From an uncultured Acidobacteriota bacterium (lineage in GTDB: Bacteria > Acidobacteriota > Terriglobia > Acidiferrales > UBA7541): DNA of 64,000 bases. Within the stretch, counting starts at the first letter, position 1. Each line of letters starts with the position of its first letter. The notes under the pieces were generated by a model. The model saw nothing but the letters and a program-made list of their open reading frames with translations, was not told the DNA's origin and made no database searches. Both the position numbers and the translations under genes were made by a program. The stretch covers positions 274,828-338,827 of the forward strand of contig CAVULY010000008.1 of the NCBI GenBank assembly GCA_963742475.1, written 5' to 3'. Shown here one piece after another: positions 31,887-42,734 of the stretch.

Positions 31887-33077
31887 ATGGATCTACAACT
31901 ACACACTCTGCAATTAAACGACGCTCGCCTGGAGCCGGTGGCCGCAAAAGTCCTGGCCGGCGAACGCCTGAACGCCGCAGACGGCCTCGCGCTTTATCAA
32001 TCCCACGATCTCCTGGCAGTGGGCTGGCTCGCGAATTTTGTGCGCGAAAAAAAGCACGGCAACGTCACCTATTTCAACGTCAATCGCCACATCAATCCCA
32101 CCAACGTCTGCGTCGCGCACTGCAAACTCTGCGCCTTTGGCCGCTCGCCCGATGCACCCGGCGCCTACAACTTTCCTCTCGAAGAAATCTACAAGCGTGC
32201 CGGTGACGGCGTCGCCGAAGGCGCCACGGAATTTCACATCGTCGGCGGCCTGCATCCCGACCTGCCGTTCGAGTACTACCTCACGCTGATTCGCGGCCTG
32301 AAAGAGCGCTACCCGCAAGTGCACCTGAAAGCCTTCACCATGGTCGAGGTCGGCTACTACGCGCGCATCTCCAAGCTCTCTATACGCGATACGCTGCTCG
32401 CCATGAAAAATGCCGGTGTGGATTCGCTTCCCGGCGGCGGCGCTGAAATTTTTCACCCGCGCGTCCGCAAAATTATTTGCGATCACAAAGTCAGCGGCCA
32501 GCGCTGGCTGGAAATCGCGCGCACCGCGCATGAACTCGGCCTGCGCTCAAACGCCACCATGCTCTACGGCCACATCGAAACGCCCGAAGAGCGCGTGGAT
32601 CATCTGCTCCAGTTGCGCGCCACGCAGGACATCACCCACGGCTTCGTCACCTTCATTCCGCTGGCTTTTCATCCGGCCAATACCGGACTCGCCCATCTTC
32701 CGGGGCCCACCGGCATGGACGATTTGAAAGCCATCGCCGTCTCGCGTCTGTTGCTGGACAACTTCGATCACATCAAGGCTTACTGGATCATGCTGACTCC
32801 GCGCATCGCCCAGGTGGCCCTGCGTTTTGGAGCGAACGATCTGGATGGCACGGTCGTCGAAGAAAAGATTTATCACGACGCTGGAGCCACCACGCCCGAA
32901 TTCATGACGCGCGCCGAACTCGAGCGCTTGATTCGCGCTGCCGGCCGCGTCCCCGTCGAACGCGACACCCTGTACAATCCGGTGGACCGCGTCAAAAATC
33001 CGATGCCGCCTCCGCGTGTTTCGCCCGGCCGCGCCGACGGTTTCATACCTGAGACGTCGCTGACCCTCAACGTCTAG
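31887..33077 (+). CDS. Radical SAM menaquinone (futalosine pathway) enzyme, MqnE/MqnC family
   Basis: CxxxCxxC cluster (NVCVAHCKLCAF) preceded by NRHINPTN. The length and GGLHPD motif fit aminofutalosine synthase or cyclic DHFL synthase; I cannot separate E from C by eye. Confidence 0.75.
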   Translation: MDLQLHTLQLNDARLEPVAAKVLAGERLNAADGLALYQSHDLLAVGWLANFVREKKHGNVTYFNVNRHINPTNVCVAHCKLCAFGRSPDAPGAYNFPLEEIYKRAGDGVAEGATEFHIVGGLHPDLPFEYYLTLIRGLKERYPQVHLKAFTMVEVGYYARISKLSIRDTLLAMKNAGVDSLPGGGAEIFHPRVRKIICDHKVSGQRWLEIARTAHELGLRSNATMLYGHIETPEERVDHLLQLRATQDITHGFVTFIPLAFHPANTGLAHLPGPTGMDDLKAIAVSRLLLDNFDHIKAYWIMLTPRIAQVALRFGANDLDGTVVEEKIYHDAGATTPEFMTRAELERLIRAAGRVPVERDTLYNPVDRVKNPMPPPRVSPGRADGFIPETSLTLNV

Positions 33078-33088
33078 ATCTTTCCACC

Positions 33089-35105
33089 ATGGTGCGTGAC
33101 CCTGGGAGCTCTGTGGATTCCGTTCCGAAATCGCAAGACCCTGGCGCCCCCAAAAAAAATCCCGCGGAAGCGCCTCCCCACCCGCCGGAACGCAGCACTC
33201 CCTCTGCGAATGAATCGCGCCTCGAAGCCCTCATCGGTTCGATTGATGAAATCGTATTCGAGCTCGATCGCGACGGCACTTTTCTGAATATTTGGAACAC
33301 CAACGAGAAATTGCTTTATCGTCCACGCCAGGAACTGCAAGGAAAGCGCGTTTCCGAGGTGATTGGCGCGGACTTTTTCCAGCCGTTTTCGCTTATCTTC
33401 CAGCGAGTTCTTCTCACCGGCCACGGTGAAGAGCTGGAATATTCGCTCGCACGTGCCTGCCGGCAAGCGCTGGTTTCTCGCTCGCATGAACCGCATCCCA
33501 TCCGCCGATGGCGCACGATACACCGTATGTCTGGCTGTGCGCGACATCACCGATCGCAAGCACGCGGAAGAAAGCTTGCGCGTGTCCGAAGAAAAATTCT
33601 CGAAAGCATTTCACCTGGGGCCAGACGCGATCACCATCACTTCCGCTGAAGATGGCCGTTACATTGAAGTGAACGATAATTTTCTGCGCTTGACCGGGTA
33701 TACGCGCGAGGAGCTCATCGGCCGCGCCTCGTTGGAGTTAGGAATCTGGGCCAATCCCAAAGATCGTCAGCAGGCCGTTGCGCTCCTGAAACGTTCCGGC
33801 GAATTTCGCGATCTGGAAATCCGCATCGCCATAAAGTCAGGCGAAGTGCGCACCGTGCAGATGTCCGCCCACACCATCGAATTGGCTGGGCAGGCTTGCA
33901 TCATAGCGATCATCCGCGATGTGACCGATCGCCGCGCCCTGGAGACCCAGCTGCGCCAGGCGCAAAAAATGGAAGCGGTCGGCCGTCTGGCGGGCGGTGT
34001 GGCCCATGATTTCAATAATTTGCTTGTTGGAATTCTCGGCTACAGCGAGCTGCTCAAGAAAAAGCTGGCGGACCAAGGGTCTCTGCTGCGCATGGCCAAT
34101 GAAATTAATTTCGCCGCCATGCGCGCGCGCGATTTGACCTCGCGGCTGCTGGCATTGAGCCATCGCCAGGTTTTGCAGCCCGCCGTGCTGGATTTGAATG
34201 TGCTGGTGCGGCAGTGCGAGAGCCTTTTGCGGCCCATCATCGGCGAGGATGTGCGAGTGATCCTGCGGCTGGATCCGAAAATTGGACATGTGAAAGCCGA
34301 TCCCGCGCAGCTCGAACAGGTAATCCTGAATCTTGCGCTCAACGCGCGCGACGCCATGCCGGCGGGCGGCACCCTTGCCCTCGAAACCTGCAACATTCTG
34401 GTGGACGCGGCCTTGGCGCGCCAGTCCCCCGGCCTGATTCCCGGTTCTTACGTTCGATTGTGGGTTGCCGACACCGGCCATGGAATCGAGCCGGCCGTGA
34501 TGCCGCAGATTTTCGAGCCGTTTTTCACCACGAAAGAAGTCGGCAAAGGCAGCGGCCTCGGCCTTTCCGCGGTGTACGGAGTCGTGAAACAGAGCGGTGG
34601 CTGCATAACCGTGTCAAGCGAGCCGGGCAAGGGCGCTGCGTTTGGAATCTACCTTCCTCGCGCCAGCGAACTCCCGGAACGCAGAACTCTCGCGCCGCCG
34701 GCATCTGCATCGACGAACGGCACGGAAACGATCCTGCTGGTTGAAGATGAAGCCGTGGTGCGGGATCTGGTCTGCGAAATTTTGCGCGAAGGCGGCTATG
34801 CCATTTTGTGCGCGCCATCGGGCGCCGAGGCGATGAACATTTCCGCGGAGCACGCGAAACCGATTGACCTGCTGATCACCGACGTGGTCATGCCGGAGAT
34901 GAGTGGTCCAGAACTCGCCAATCGCCTGCGTCACGCGCGCGGCGAATTCCGCGTGCTGTATATGTCCGGATACACCGACGACGCCGTGCTGGTCCGGCAA
35001 GGCTTGCCGGAAAATTGCGCTTTTATCCGCAAGCCCTATACCCCGCGGCAATTCCTGCAGAAAGTTCGCGAGACGCTGGACGGAACGCCGCGCCGCCCTC
35101 ACTAA
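33089..35105 (+). pseudogene. PAS-PAS hybrid sensor histidine kinase with C-terminal receiver, frameshifted
   Basis: The first PAS starts in ORF 33089-33649 (IDEIVFELDRDGTFLNIW...EELEYSL) and continues in ORF 33363-35105 (HVPAGKRWFLARMNRIP...). Then a second PAS, H-box VAHDFNNLL, HATPase (GSGLGLS), and REC (LLVEDE...DLLITDVVMPEMSG). The break is near 33445-33452. Confidence 0.8.
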
Positions 35106-35138
35106 ACGTCATCGAGTTCAAAAAACCGGGAATAATTC

Positions 35139-36113
35139 TCAGGCGTGCGGGTGGGATTTATCGTAAACAGCCATTAGTTGCCGGATGCTCGTCTGTGTGT
35201 ACCGCTGCGTGGTGGAAAGTGACGCGTGGCCCAGCAGCTCCTGAATCGCGCGCAGATCGGCGCCATCGTTCAGCAAATGAGTGGCAAACGCGTGGCGCAA
35301 CGAGTGCGGATGCAGATCCAGATTGCTTCCCGCAAGCAGGCAATATTTTCGCAGAATATAACGCACGGCGCGGTCCGTCAGTCGTCCTCCCGACGGATTC
35401 AAAAATACCGCTTCCGCGGCGGGAGTTCCTCGCGGCTTCTCCAGAATCCGGTCGCGCACGGGCCAATACGCTTCCATGGCCTCCTGCGCTTTCGCGCCGT
35501 AGGGCACCACGCGTTCCTTGCGCCCCTTGCCCAGCACGCGCAGCATCTGGCCCGTCTTATCGAAACTGCCCAGATTCAGGCCCACCAACTCGCTGACGCG
35601 CAGCCCGCATGCGTACAGCAGTTCGATCATGGCGCGATCGCGGCGGGGCATCAGCTGCGACTTGGAACCTGTTTTGAGCGATGCGTTTCCAGCGCCTCTC
35701 TTGCCGCCGGCGCCGGGCTTGGCCGCTGGACCACCAGGCAGGCCGTCCAGAAAATTATTGATCTCCTCCGCGGTCTGCACGCGCGGCACGCGTTTGGGAA
35801 GCTTCGGTGTGCTTACCAGCGCCGCCGGATTCGTCCGCGTGTATTTTTCACGAACACAAAATTTGAAGAACGTGCGCAGCGCCGCCAACTTGCGCGCCAC
35901 GGTCACCTTCTGCAGGTTCCGGTCGTAGAGCCAGCTCACGAATTCGCGAATCACCCGGTGGTCCACCTCTGCCAGCGGCAGAGTGGCTGCGCCCGGCGGA
36001 GTCAGGAATTGCTGGAACAGCCGAATGTCGCCGCCGTAGTCGTCCACGGTTTCCGGCGAAGCGTTTCGCTCGTAGCGCAGATAGCCGATAAATTTTTCGA
36101 TGATTTCTTTCAT
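35139..36113 (-). CDS. xerC: Tyrosine site-specific recombinase, XerC/XerD type
   Basis: N-terminal SAM-like domain (FIGYLRYERNASPETV); catalytic R...HxLRH...Y (HPHSLRHAFATHLL...LGHASLSTTQRYT). Confidence 0.75.
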   Translation of the reverse strand: MKEIIEKFIGYLRYERNASPETVDDYGGDIRLFQQFLTPPGAATLPLAEVDHRVIREFVSWLYDRNLQKVTVARKLAALRTFFKFCVREKYTRTNPAALVSTPKLPKRVPRVQTAEEINNFLDGLPGGPAAKPGAGGKRGAGNASLKTGSKSQLMPRRDRAMIELLYACGLRVSELVGLNLGSFDKTGQMLRVLGKGRKERVVPYGAKAQEAMEAYWPVRDRILEKPRGTPAAEAVFLNPSGGRLTDRAVRYILRKYCLLAGSNLDLHPHSLRHAFATHLLNDGADLRAIQELLGHASLSTTQRYTQTSIRQLMAVYDKSHPHA

Positions 36114-36366
36114 CGCAGTGGCGAGTGGCCGCAGTGATTATAGTCCGCAGGCGCCGCAATCCCAGCGCAGGATTGGCGCCACGCGGCGTGTGCGACAACG
36201 GCTACCATGGCCTCGCTGAATCGCGCTCGCCCGCACGCTGACCAATAATCAACGCTCGGGCCACAACCCTCTCGCACCTGGCGTATCATAGTCGTTAATT
36301 AACAATACTATTACGCAAAGGCTGATGAGGTCAATCGGAGACGATTACTTTGCGGTCCCGCTGCTC

Positions 36367-37213
36367 TTACTCGGGAATGCTGAAGTCGTACACTCTGCCG
36401 CCCGCATTGCCTCCCGACGAGGACGACACCCGCCCCGCGGACATGTTGGCCTGGTCGCCGGTACCCATGAAGAAAGCGTACTCGCCCGGCTTCAGATCGC
36501 TCGCCAGCGTAACTTTGTACATTCTGATTCCCACGTGCTCGGAACTGATCGGAATTTCCTTGTCTTTCTTCACGCCGGACTTGCCGCCGCCGACCCCGCC
36601 GAACGAGCCCACCTGGAATTCCCGGTGGTCGCTCTTCTTCTCCAGCTTGATCAGCACGTAATCGGCACGCGCTCGCCCCGTCCGGAACGTAAAAGTAGAA
36701 CAGCGGCTTGCGGTCCTTCACATGGTTGTTGGAAGTCGGGCCCTCCAACGTCGCGTCCCAATGTTGTCCCCGCATGCCGTACGTGAAATAGCTGGCGGCG
36801 CGCCCTCCGGCCTTCTCCTGGCTGACTGCCCGGCCCTGTATCAACACAAAAGTCGCGCCGTCTTTCCAATACACGCCAACTTCCGGCGGCGGCAAATTGG
36901 GATCCACCGAAATTGCGGTTGCAGCGGCGATCACTGGAGCCGGGGGAGGCGCGGGATTGATCATCACCTTGATCACTGCGTCGGGAACGTTCGCGGCTTT
37001 CAGCGCTTTCAATCCGTCAACGCTGGTGTCGAACCGCACACCGTCGGCGCCGCTGACGCTGCGAATCTTCGCGATGATCACGTCCTCAGAAAGCCCCAGG
37101 TTCACCATCTCGATGATGTCCTGATTGGTGAGCCGCTTGTTCGGCTCCTGCGTCCTGGCGGAAGAGGCTAGAACGATGCACAGAAAAATTGCGATGTAGT
37201 GGCGCCTTCGCAT
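36367..37213 (-). pseudogene. Secreted conserved protein of unknown function, frameshifted
   Basis: Signal peptide plus LTNQDIIEMVNLGLSEDVIIAKIR...KPLFYFYVPDGASA in ORF 36311-37225. Continues as DYVLIKLEKKSDHREFQVGSFGG...YDFSIPE* in ORF 36367-36657. The break is near 36655-36665; the tail of the long ORF is Arg-rich nonsense. Confidence 0.55.
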
Positions 37214-37446
37214 GCGGCCTCTCAACCCTGGTGTTCGCTTCTTGTCCAGCAGTCCAGCGGTCCGGCGTTCCGGAGATTGGCGGGATTATACAACGAGACG
37301 CCTTGCGCCGTAGCAATCCCGGACGCCCGATTCCATAACGCGTTTACCTGCCATCCCAAGGGGTTATCGCCACCGCACAGCTTTTCGCGGCAGCGTGGAA
37401 GCCGCACGCGGCCGCGGCTAGACTCTTACAGGAGGAATTCGCCGCA

Positions 37447-37872
37447 ATGAGAGAAAATCTGGTTCTGGCCTTCGTCGGTCTACTGTTGGTTTCACAAGCC
37501 GGCTCCGCGCCAGCAACGCTGAAGTCGGCGACCTATCGGTTCGAAGACCTCGTCGCCCAGAAGCAGGCGAACGCAACGTTTCGCCCTATACTCGATGGTT
37601 TGACGCACAACGGATACCGCATTGACGTCCACGAAGTATTTTTGCTGCCAGGAAGTTCCCCGCACCACGCCCATCGCCATCCGCAGGAAGTGTTGTTCCT
37701 GGTCAGCGAAGGCCGGTTGCAGGTCACCATCGCTGGCAAGGTCGCGAACCTCGGACCGGGTTCGGCCGCATTCGTCGCCGCGGGTGATGAGCACGACATT
37801 CAAAACGTCAGCGCAGGGCCCGCCCAGTATTTCGAAGTGATCCTCGACGCCACCACGAAAGCAGACCACTAA
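37447..37872 (+). CDS. Secreted cupin domain protein
   Basis: Signal peptide plus cupin motifs (HAHRHPQEVLFLVSEG...GDEHDIQN). Confidence 0.65.
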   Translation: MRENLVLAFVGLLLVSQAGSAPATLKSATYRFEDLVAQKQANATFRPILDGLTHNGYRIDVHEVFLLPGSSPHHAHRHPQEVLFLVSEGRLQVTIAGKVANLGPGSAAFVAAGDEHDIQNVSAGPAQYFEVILDATTKADH

Positions 37873-37956
37873 ACAGCGCTTGTCCTTCTGCCCGGACGTC
37901 GCTCCGATAGCGGCCACCCTTCGATGCGCCTGGCGCCGGGCAACCTGAGTTGAAAA

Positions 37957-39003
37957 CTACTTGTGCGCGAAGCGATGTCGCTGCGTGGGGTCCACCTGGA
38001 ATGCGCTGTGCTCCATCACCGGAGTTGCCGCCGTCACGTACGTTTGCGAGATGCGGTCCTGCCACGTGAAGCGATCTTCGTCCCAGAGCGACCACACGAA
38101 TCCCAACATCACCGTCGCGCCGGAGAGCAGGTAGCCAAAACTGCGCCACAGCAACTGGCGTGTATCGGGCAGGCTGCCGTCCAGGCGCACCACCGTAAGC
38201 CCGCAGAGTTGCATTCCAGGTGTGGCTCCCGCAAAAGTGGTGAACAGAAAAAAATACTGCGCGTAGAAAAGATAAAAAGTCGCCAGATACACGATCGCAT
38301 CCACTTTTTCCAGCAGCACCTGGCCGCCTAGCGAGTGGAAAAGGCCCAGAAAACCAGCGTACGTCAACGCCAGGAACAGGGCATCGAGCGCGCCCGCGTG
38401 GCGCCGGACCGTCAAACTGGCCACAGGGACCAACGCCGTCTGTGGATGCGCGCGGTCGTCCGGGAAACTGGTGAAGTCGAGCTCCGGCTGAATGTTGATC
38501 TCCACCCGTTCATTCTGCGATTTCTTTGGTATCGGGCGCTGCGGAGGAACAGCGCGCGATCGTTCGTGGAGTTCGAGCTCTTCGATTTCGCGGTCGTCCT
38601 CTTCCAGCACCGCGGACCTCCGCGAGAAGGGCAGCCCGGATTGTGAATCATCTGGCCGGTTGCGCCCGCGCCGAACGCGATAGGCCTCCAGACGGCGCGA
38701 AACTTCGCGGCGCCATTCGGGTTCAGCGGACATGCTAGTCGAGGTTCTTGCGGAGACGCCCGTGGAGTTACCTCTAGAGTTACCTTCAGAGGGTTCGTCG
38801 TCCGTCTCGTACGCGCCAGCGGAATCCTCATGCGCGGGCACACCAACGCCTACAGGCTCTGAACCATCTCCAGACTCGGCGAGTGGTGCGTCACAGAACG
38901 AGCAATTCTCGACGTCCTCGAGCAAGAGGGCGCCGCAATGCGAGCAAATTTGTATCACTGGTCCGTTTTGCGCTGCGGTATTCCAGTGAAGGAACACCAG
39001 CAT
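37957..39003 (-). CDS. Zinc-ribbon + RDD family membrane protein
   Basis: CSHCGALL...CSFCDAPL N-terminus, charged linker, C-terminal RDD domain (RRHAGALDALFL...WQDRISQTYV). ATG at 39003 chosen inside ORF 37957-39117. Confidence 0.6.
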   Translation of the reverse strand: MLVFLHWNTAAQNGPVIQICSHCGALLLEDVENCSFCDAPLAESGDGSEPVGVGVPAHEDSAGAYETDDEPSEGNSRGNSTGVSARTSTSMSAEPEWRREVSRRLEAYRVRRGRNRPDDSQSGLPFSRRSAVLEEDDREIEELELHERSRAVPPQRPIPKKSQNERVEINIQPELDFTSFPDDRAHPQTALVPVASLTVRRHAGALDALFLALTYAGFLGLFHSLGGQVLLEKVDAIVYLATFYLFYAQYFFLFTTFAGATPGMQLCGLTVVRLDGSLPDTRQLLWRSFGYLLSGATVMLGFVWSLWDEDRFTWQDRISQTYVTAATPVMEHSAFQVDPTQRHRFAHK

Positions 39004-39295
39004 GGTAGCACGCTGCCGGATGGCAAACCTCTGCACGCAGCACCGCACTCGAGAAATGTTGCGTATGAGGCAACCCGTCAGCGCTCGCCCTGTTCTGAAT
39101 GATTTGGTCACAAACAAACAAGTGGCGGTTGCCGGAAGCTCGGTCCTCGCGCCCTACACGTTCGCTCGAACTCAACCGACGATGCCGCGTCACCACTTTC
39201 GAGAAGTCCTCGCGCAACGCCGATTGCGGGTGCGCAATGCGCGTGTTAGGCTCAAACTTCTTTTTTTCATGATTCAGACAAGATTCACACGAGGC

Positions 39296-41668
39296 ATGCT
39301 GAAAGCAACAGCCTTGCTACCTCTCCGCAGATACGCTCTTCTCTTAACTCTGCTGCCGGTTTTTCTGGCGGGTCCGCGCGCGACGCACGCGCAAAGCTCC
39401 ACATCCGCGCCGTCCCAGCCCGTACAAAAGACCCCGGCCAAGCCGAGGCCGCCCGTGAAAACCGCGCCATCGTCCGCCACCACGCCAGCCACGCTCGAAG
39501 CCAAGCAACAGCGCCAGGTAGGCCAAATCTTTTACGCCGACGGCGAAGTGGACGTCCATTACCAGAATACTCGCCTGCGCGCGGACCACGTCGAATACAA
39601 CGAAGAGACGCAGGTCGTCGTCGCCCGTGGTAACGTGCAGTTCGATTACCTCACCCAGCATGTCGAGGCCGCCGACGCCCGCTACGAGCTGAAGACCGGC
39701 CGCGGCACTTTCCATCACGTGCGAGCCACCTTCGCCGTGCAGCGGCGCGCTGCGCCCACCTTGCTCATCAGTCCCAATCCGATTTATTTCGACGCCGAAC
39801 AGGTGGACCGCATTAACGAAGACACCTACCAGGTCCACAAGGCCTGGATGACCGTCTGCGATCCGCAGCGCCCCACCTGGAAATTTTACGCGCCCGAAGC
39901 CACTGTCTATATGAAGACCTCGGTCCATCTGGAAAATGGAAACTTCCGCCTCTTTTCGATTCCCGTTCTGTACCTGCCCTACACCACCTTCCCGGTCGAG
40001 AAGCAGCGCTCTTCCGGATTCCTGATTCCCATCGTCGGTGACAGCACCAGCAAAGGCTTCGTCATGGGCGACGCGGTTTACTGGGCGCCCACGGATTGGG
40101 CGGACTTCACCCTGGGCGCGAATTATTTCAGCCGTCGTGGTTGGGGGGAGAGGGCCGTCTTGCGCGTGCGTCCGTGGGAAAATGCATTTCTGGACGTGAC
40201 CTACACCGAAGTTGAGGATCGCGGTCTTCCGCAGCCCACCGGCCCTCCGCTCAATCAAGGCGGCCACGAAGCACGTCTGCTCTTCACCTCGCTGCTTCCA
40301 GACGGTTGGCGCGCCGTCGCCGATTTGGATAACTTGTCCTCGCTCACCTATCGCCTGGCGTGGAGCGAGACTTACGTGCAAGCCGTGAACTCGGAAGTCC
40401 GCAATAGCGCCTTCCTCACCAAAAATTTCAAGGGCTTCAGTTTGAATTTCGCGGCGCTCAGTTACCAGAACTACGTCGAAGCCTCGCCGCAAGAATATGT
40501 ATCGCTGCGCACCGCGCCGGAAGTCCGCTTCAGCTCGGTGGATCAGGCCCCCTGGCAGAAGTTGCCGTTTTATTTTTCCTTCGAGGGCTTTGCGGATGCC
40601 GGGCATCGTTCGGACACCGTGACCCCGTTCAACACTCCGAATTTTGTGGGACGCAGTGAAATCGCCCCCACCGTCACCATTCCGTTGCATATCGGGGACT
40701 GGCTGAGCGTCACTCCCACCTTCACGCTGCGCTCCACCTATTACGGCGGGCAAATTCAGAACGGCACATACGTCGGCCAGGGATTTTTCCGTAACACCGA
40801 GGAATTATCCGTGGATATTCGTCCGCCCACGCTGGAGCGCGTCTGGGGCTCGTCCGATTCCGGCACCAAATGGAAGCACGTCATCGAGCCGGAAATCGTC
40901 TACAGCTACGTAAACGGAGTCTTCAATTTCAGCCGCTTCGTGCGCTTTGATGAGGACGAAACTCTCACGGACACCAACGAATTCGAATACGGAGTCACCC
41001 AGCGCCTCTACCGGCGCAAGAAAGACGGCAGCACGGAGGAATTCCTCAGCTGGAAGCTGGCGCAAAAATATTTTTTCGATGCCAATTTTGGCGGCGCTCT
41101 GGTTTCCGGTCAACGCAACGTGTTTCAAACCACCGACGCGCTCACGCCTTTTGCCTTTGCCAGTGTGCCTTACCAATTTTCGCCCATCGTCAGCGACCTG
41201 CGCATCGAGCCCGGAAAGCATTTCGATACGCAGCTCGTCGTCAATTTTGATCCCCGACACGGGCAATTGACCGCCATCGGAACCCTATTGAAACTGAAGC
41301 CCTACAAGGAATCGTTCCTTACTCTGGCGCATTTTTCGGTGGTCAATCTGCCCACGCCTCCGCAGTTCAATCCTCCCGATTTCGTGTTCGAGCCGCGCTC
41401 CAATCAAATTCGCGCGCTCATCGGCTACGGCGATTTGACGCGCCGCGGCTTCAATGCCACCTTCGGCGCCAGCTACGACATCACCCAGGCTCAATTCCAG
41501 AACCAGATCGCCGAGGTTAGTTACAACGGCTCCTGCTGCGGCATCGGCTTCGAATACCGCCGCTTTTCTTTCGGCACCATCCGCAATGAGAACCAGTACC
41601 TCGTCGTCTTCCGCATCGCCAACGTCGGCTCCCTCGGTACGCTTCGCCGCGCTGAAAAAATATTCTGA
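39296..41668 (+). CDS. lptD: LPS-assembly outer-membrane protein LptD (OstA)
   Basis: Signal peptide (MLKATALLPL...THAQ), OstA N-domain (IFYADGEVDVHYQNTRLRADHVEYN...ARGNV), long beta-barrel region. ATG at 39296 inside ORF 39002-41668. Confidence 0.8.
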   Translation: MLKATALLPLRRYALLLTLLPVFLAGPRATHAQSSTSAPSQPVQKTPAKPRPPVKTAPSSATTPATLEAKQQRQVGQIFYADGEVDVHYQNTRLRADHVEYNEETQVVVARGNVQFDYLTQHVEAADARYELKTGRGTFHHVRATFAVQRRAAPTLLISPNPIYFDAEQVDRINEDTYQVHKAWMTVCDPQRPTWKFYAPEATVYMKTSVHLENGNFRLFSIPVLYLPYTTFPVEKQRSSGFLIPIVGDSTSKGFVMGDAVYWAPTDWADFTLGANYFSRRGWGERAVLRVRPWENAFLDVTYTEVEDRGLPQPTGPPLNQGGHEARLLFTSLLPDGWRAVADLDNLSSLTYRLAWSETYVQAVNSEVRNSAFLTKNFKGFSLNFAALSYQNYVEASPQEYVSLRTAPEVRFSSVDQAPWQKLPFYFSFEGFADAGHRSDTVTPFNTPNFVGRSEIAPTVTIPLHIGDWLSVTPTFTLRSTYYGGQIQNGTYVGQGFFRNTEELSVDIRPPTLERVWGSSDSGTKWKHVIEPEIVYSYVNGVFNFSRFVRFDEDETLTDTNEFEYGVTQRLYRRKKDGSTEEFLSWKLAQKYFFDANFGGALVSGQRNVFQTTDALTPFAFASVPYQFSPIVSDLRIEPGKHFDTQLVVNFDPRHGQLTAIGTLLKLKPYKESFLTLAHFSVVNLPTPPQFNPPDFVFEPRSNQIRALIGYGDLTRRGFNATFGASYDITQAQFQNQIAEVSYNGSCCGIGFEYRRFSFGTIRNENQYLVVFRIANVGSLGTLRRAEKIF

Positions 41669-41710
41669 ATTGTGCCGCTCTGCGCGCGCTCGGAAGTACT
41701 CGCGTGGGCA

Positions 41711-42658
41711 CTACGCTGTTTGTGGCACCGCGCCCTTGCGTTCCATCATCCACTGTCCGGCCGCCCAGCCTATCGCGCCCACCGCAATCCCTGCCAGCAC
41801 GTCCGCCATGTAGTGATAGCGCCCATACACCGTCGCCACGCACATGCTCGCGAAGAATGGCAGGCACAGCCAGAACAGCCAGGCTCTGTAGCGGCGCGCT
41901 GCGAGCATCGCGACCATCGAACCGGCCACGTGCGCCGATGGAAACGCCGCACCGTGCACCCGGCCGAAGCGCTCAATGAAATCAATGGCCGCTGTGATCT
42001 TGCCCCCTGTGAGCGGCGCCAGATTCAGCGACGCCAGCGCGAAATACGGACTCTCAATTGGAAACAGAATAGCCATCACGTAAACCGTATAGTGCGCGAT
42101 GGCCGTCGCGGTCATCACGGTCCAAAATTCCGCGCGCTGTTTTTGCACGTAAAGAATCGCCGGGAGAATTACCAGGTAGAGAAAATACGTCATGTACGAA
42201 AACTGCATGAAATCGTTCACCGCGGGAGTTGCAAACCGCGCCAGCCACGCCGCCGGATGCACGCCCGCGAAGTTGTAATCAAATTGAATGAGCCAACGGT
42301 CGAACCAGCCGGGAAAAATCGCATGCACGAAGCCCCGCAGTTCCTCGAAAAAGAAAACGTACAGCGGCAAGGGGTACCAGTGCCGCGCGAATTGCCACAC
42401 AGCACTTCGCGAACGCGCCGCCATCCACGCAAGCAACACGATGGCGACGACGATCACGGAGTGGATCGTAAAATATCGCGCCGCATTTTGAATGTTGCGA
42501 TGGAATATCGCCACGAGCGCGAGCATCCAGCCCAGATACGCCATCGTCACCCACTCGAACGCGCCGCACGCGCGGCAAACCTCCGCCAGCCCCTGCCAGC
42601 CCACTGCGAATCTTGCCTCCTCAGTCTCCCGGCCAAGCGTTTCTGGGCGGGGCGGCAT
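41711..42658 (-). CDS. PAP2-superfamily membrane protein, Aur1/IPC-synthase-like (PAP2_3-type)
   Basis: Multi-TM; FPSAHVAGS and YGRYHYMADVLAG motifs (PSxH ... HxxxD). Start at ATG 42658; upstream ORF extensions read through hairpin repeats. Confidence 0.6.
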   Translation of the reverse strand: MPPRPETLGRETEEARFAVGWQGLAEVCRACGAFEWVTMAYLGWMLALVAIFHRNIQNAARYFTIHSVIVVAIVLLAWMAARSRSAVWQFARHWYPLPLYVFFFEELRGFVHAIFPGWFDRWLIQFDYNFAGVHPAAWLARFATPAVNDFMQFSYMTYFLYLVILPAILYVQKQRAEFWTVMTATAIAHYTVYVMAILFPIESPYFALASLNLAPLTGGKITAAIDFIERFGRVHGAAFPSAHVAGSMVAMLAARRYRAWLFWLCLPFFASMCVATVYGRYHYMADVLAGIAVGAIGWAAGQWMMERKGAVPQTA

Positions 42659-42681
42659 CTCACGAACGGTCGATCTGGAAG

Positions 42682-42734
42682 GGCGGGGCTTCAGCCCCGC
42701 CGCCGAGCTGCAAAAAGGAGGGGCTTTAGCCCCT
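42682..42734. repeat. Two GC-rich hairpins inside the HAD-IB/PAP2 spacer
   Basis: GGCGGGGC-ttca-GCCCCGCC (42682-42701) and AGGGGC-ttta-GCCCCT (42719-42734). Confidence 0.65.

Noticed and set aside
35139-36113. The tyrosine recombinase as a marker of an integrated mobile element.
   Set aside because: It has the XerC/XerD-type N-terminal domain. Its neighbours are ordinary chromosomal genes. No tRNA, att-like direct repeats or phage/conjugation genes flank it.
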